From an uncultured Pseudomonadota bacterium (GTDB lineage Bacteria > SAR324 > NAC60-12), in contig CAJXNF010000001.1 of NCBI GenBank assembly GCA_913056375.1, forward strand, positions 1 to 46,108: 46,108 nucleotides of DNA, written 5' to 3'. Positions 44,398 to 46,108 of the stretch are shown here, in pieces. The translations under genes were made by a program, and so were the position numbers. The notes under the pieces were generated by a model, which was not told the origin of the DNA, ran no database searches, and saw only the letters and a list, made by a program, of their open reading frames with translations. How positions within the stretch are numbered: position 1 is the first letter of the stretch; the number at the start of each line of letters is the position of its first letter.

Positions 44398-45561
44398 ATG
44401 GAATATTCACAAAACGCAAGATTGGTTCTACAGTGCCTACGACGCCACGGAGAACTGTCTCGCGCAGAAATCTCCAGGATGACAGGTTTGAGTGCACAAA
44501 CCGCATCCGTGCTCATGAACAAACTATTGAAGGACGAACTGGTTGTTGAAACACACAAACGCTATGGGTCCATCGGCAAACCCGCAACCCAGATCCAACT
44601 TAATCCTCAAGGCGCTTACTCCCTGGGGATCAAGTTAGGACGTAAGGATATCACCATTGTATTAGTCGATTTCACAGGAGTCGTGATTGATCGTGTTTTT
44701 CTACAGCAAGATCTCTCACAACCTGAGGCTGAGATGGAACTCATTCTCCAGCAAAGCAACCAATTATTTTCAAATAATCCAGGAAGTGCTCTTCGACTGG
44801 CAGGTATTGGAGTGGCAGCCCCGTTTCGGTTGGAAGCATGGCACAATGAGTTAGGACTGGACCAGGAAACATCAGATCGTCTCGCTGCTTGGGCTGGCTT
44901 TGATGTTGTTGATGCGCTGGAACAGAGTTTTGGCTGCGATGTATTCATGGAAAATGATGGAACAGCCGCTGCGATAGCAGAGATGCTTTTTGGGGTTGGC
45001 AAACGAGTGAATAATTTCGTCTACCTGTTCTTAGATGTAGTGATTGGGGGAGGAGTCGTTTGTGATGGAGACATCCTACGAGGAACCAACAGCAACGCAG
45101 GAGACTTAGCTCTGATGCGGATCGGTTCTCCAGGCCAGAGTAGCTTGCTGTTAGAGCACGCCTCCTTATTTCTACTGCTCAACAAACTAAGCAAAGCCGG
45201 AATCGATAAACCAAAAATTACTCAACTTAGTGGAGACAGTAGCGAACAGCGTCAAATTTTTGACCAGTGGGTCGAACAGGCTGCACAAGCTCTCTCCTTG
45301 GCTGTTATCAATATCCACAGTTTGTTGGATACTGAAGCCGTGGTACTCGCCAGTCGGCTGCCTCGTGAACTCATGCAGTATTTTATTCAGCGGATGGAGG
45401 TCATACTGGAACAAGAGCACCAACTGGATCCGGGTCAGAATCTTCCTAAGTTGCTGGAGGGAGAAAATCGGAGTGATGTTCATGCGCTCGGTGCAGCCAT
45501 GGTCCCCTACTATCACCGATATGCCACTACTTCTTCAATTCCGCCGAGGCAAACTTTCTAA
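44398..45561 (+). CDS. ROK-family transcriptional regulator (NagC/Mlc/XylR type)
   Basis: N-terminal winged HTH (LSRAEISRMTGLSAQTASVLMNKLLKDELV) followed by a sugar-kinase-like ROK core (MENDGTAAAIAE, GGGVVCDG). Confidence 0.8.
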   Translation: MEYSQNARLVLQCLRRHGELSRAEISRMTGLSAQTASVLMNKLLKDELVVETHKRYGSIGKPATQIQLNPQGAYSLGIKLGRKDITIVLVDFTGVVIDRVFLQQDLSQPEAEMELILQQSNQLFSNNPGSALRLAGIGVAAPFRLEAWHNELGLDQETSDRLAAWAGFDVVDALEQSFGCDVFMENDGTAAAIAEMLFGVGKRVNNFVYLFLDVVIGGGVVCDGDILRGTNSNAGDLALMRIGSPGQSSLLLEHASLFLLLNKLSKAGIDKPKITQLSGDSSEQRQIFDQWVEQAAQALSLAVINIHSLLDTEAVVLASRLPRELMQYFIQRMEVILEQEHQLDPGQNLPKLLEGENRSDVHALGAAMVPYYHRYATTSSIPPRQTF

Positions 45562-45696
45562 ATATCGACTCATCTCTCTACTTTTTGAATTTCATATATC
45601 TAATCAAAAAGAATAGGCCGGTGCCAAGTCATTTAACAAATCTGCTAGCAGACCACACTGAAGACTAACTGGGCCAGGCCTCTCTTTCCAAAGCTT

Positions 45697-46108
45697 TCAC
45701 AAAGCTGTTCCCCAACGATAGCGTAGACCCACCCCAAGTATGTTAGAGCTGGTGTTGCGAACACCATACAGGCCATACCCAGCAGAGCGATGATGAATCC
45801 GGAATGACAACTCTGCTTCTGGAAGCTGTGGCGGAGCTAAAGTGATATCTAGCGTCAGCAAATTCATAAAGTGTTTGGAGGATCTGCCTTCGGCTCGCTC
45901 TTGATCTGGGATCTTGGAGGCGTAAGAGACTCCCTCAGCAAAACCAATTGTGGTCTTCACATAGCGATCCCATCGAAAGTTCTTCCATCGGAATATTACA
46001 GAAGGGCCAATCTCGTTGATCACCTTCGTTTGGCTTTCTCGATAGTTGATGCTCAGGGCAGCTTCTAATTCCGTAACGTAAGGTTCCAAATAACGGAACC
46101 ACCAAAGC
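45697..46108 (-). CDS. Acyloxyacyl hydrolase / PagL-like outer-membrane protein, C-terminal part; 5' end off-window
   Basis: The reading frame is open to the window edge (LWWFRYLEPYV...). The sequence is beta-strand-rich with HHRSAGYG (an HxS catalytic-type motif) and ends in ...GVGLRYRWGTAL. Confidence 0.5.
   Translation of the reverse strand, partial: LWWFRYLEPYVTELEAALSINYRESQTKVINEIGPSVIFRWKNFRWDRYVKTTIGFAEGVSYASKIPDQERAEGRSSKHFMNLLTLDITLAPPQLPEAELSFRIHHRSAGYGLYGVRNTSSNILGVGLRYRWGTAL

Noticed and set aside
45641-45652. Perfect 12-nt palindrome TCTGCTAGCAGA between the convergent ROK and PagL-like genes
   Set aside because: It has no loop and no flanking T tract, so it is not a convincing terminator. 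A single short palindrome is within chance expectation.
1-46108. Genomic island, prophage or mobile element boundaries
   Set aside because: I recognised no integrase, transposase, tRNA attachment site, long direct or inverted terminal repeats, or phage structural genes. The only compositional outlier noticed is the Ldt gene, which is reported separately.

Overview
46.1-kb, densely coding chromosomal segment with about 50 CDS on both strands. Hand-sampled GC is roughly 47-49%. It looks like an aerobic diderm bacterium, but the taxon cannot be assigned from sequence alone. I found no rRNA, tRNA, CRISPR array, transposase, integrase or phage genes. Gene content from left to right: (1) the 3' part of an alternative complex III operon (actB'-C-D-E-F); (2) a TerB-like gene; (3) an mpl operon translationally coupled to an FGE-sulfatase-like protein, a DUF4105/Lnb-type protein and a 4-TM protein; (4) a periplasmic cytochrome/CopG(DUF411) cluster followed by ccmF-ccmG-TPR; (5) a gamma-carbonic-anhydrase-like protein; (6) a vWA protein directly upstream of a HelD-type helicase; (7) a 1142-aa class A PBP with a large insertion; (8) phhB, an alpha/beta hydrolase and aminopeptidase P; (9) a miaB operon with three unknown genes; (10) an MltD-like lytic transglycosylase with 5 LysM modules; (11) argB; (12) a low-GC L,D-transpeptidase; (13) an aa3-type cytochrome c oxidase operon (ctaB, 38-aa sORF, coxB, coxA, coxC, subunit IV, second subunit-III-like gene, small CxxC membrane protein); (14) a monothiol glutaredoxin-rhodanese fusion with IscA-type and YggT genes; (15) a 918-aa six-repeat cadherin-like protein ending in a short beta-barrel; (16) a ROK regulator; (17) a partial PagL-like gene. 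The best candidates for something undescribed are the vWA + HelD-like pair, the cadherin-like/short-barrel surface protein, the mpl-FGE-DUF4105 envelope operon and the cytochrome/copper cluster. All functional calls are by-eye motif recognition on the supplied translations. None was verified by a database search.
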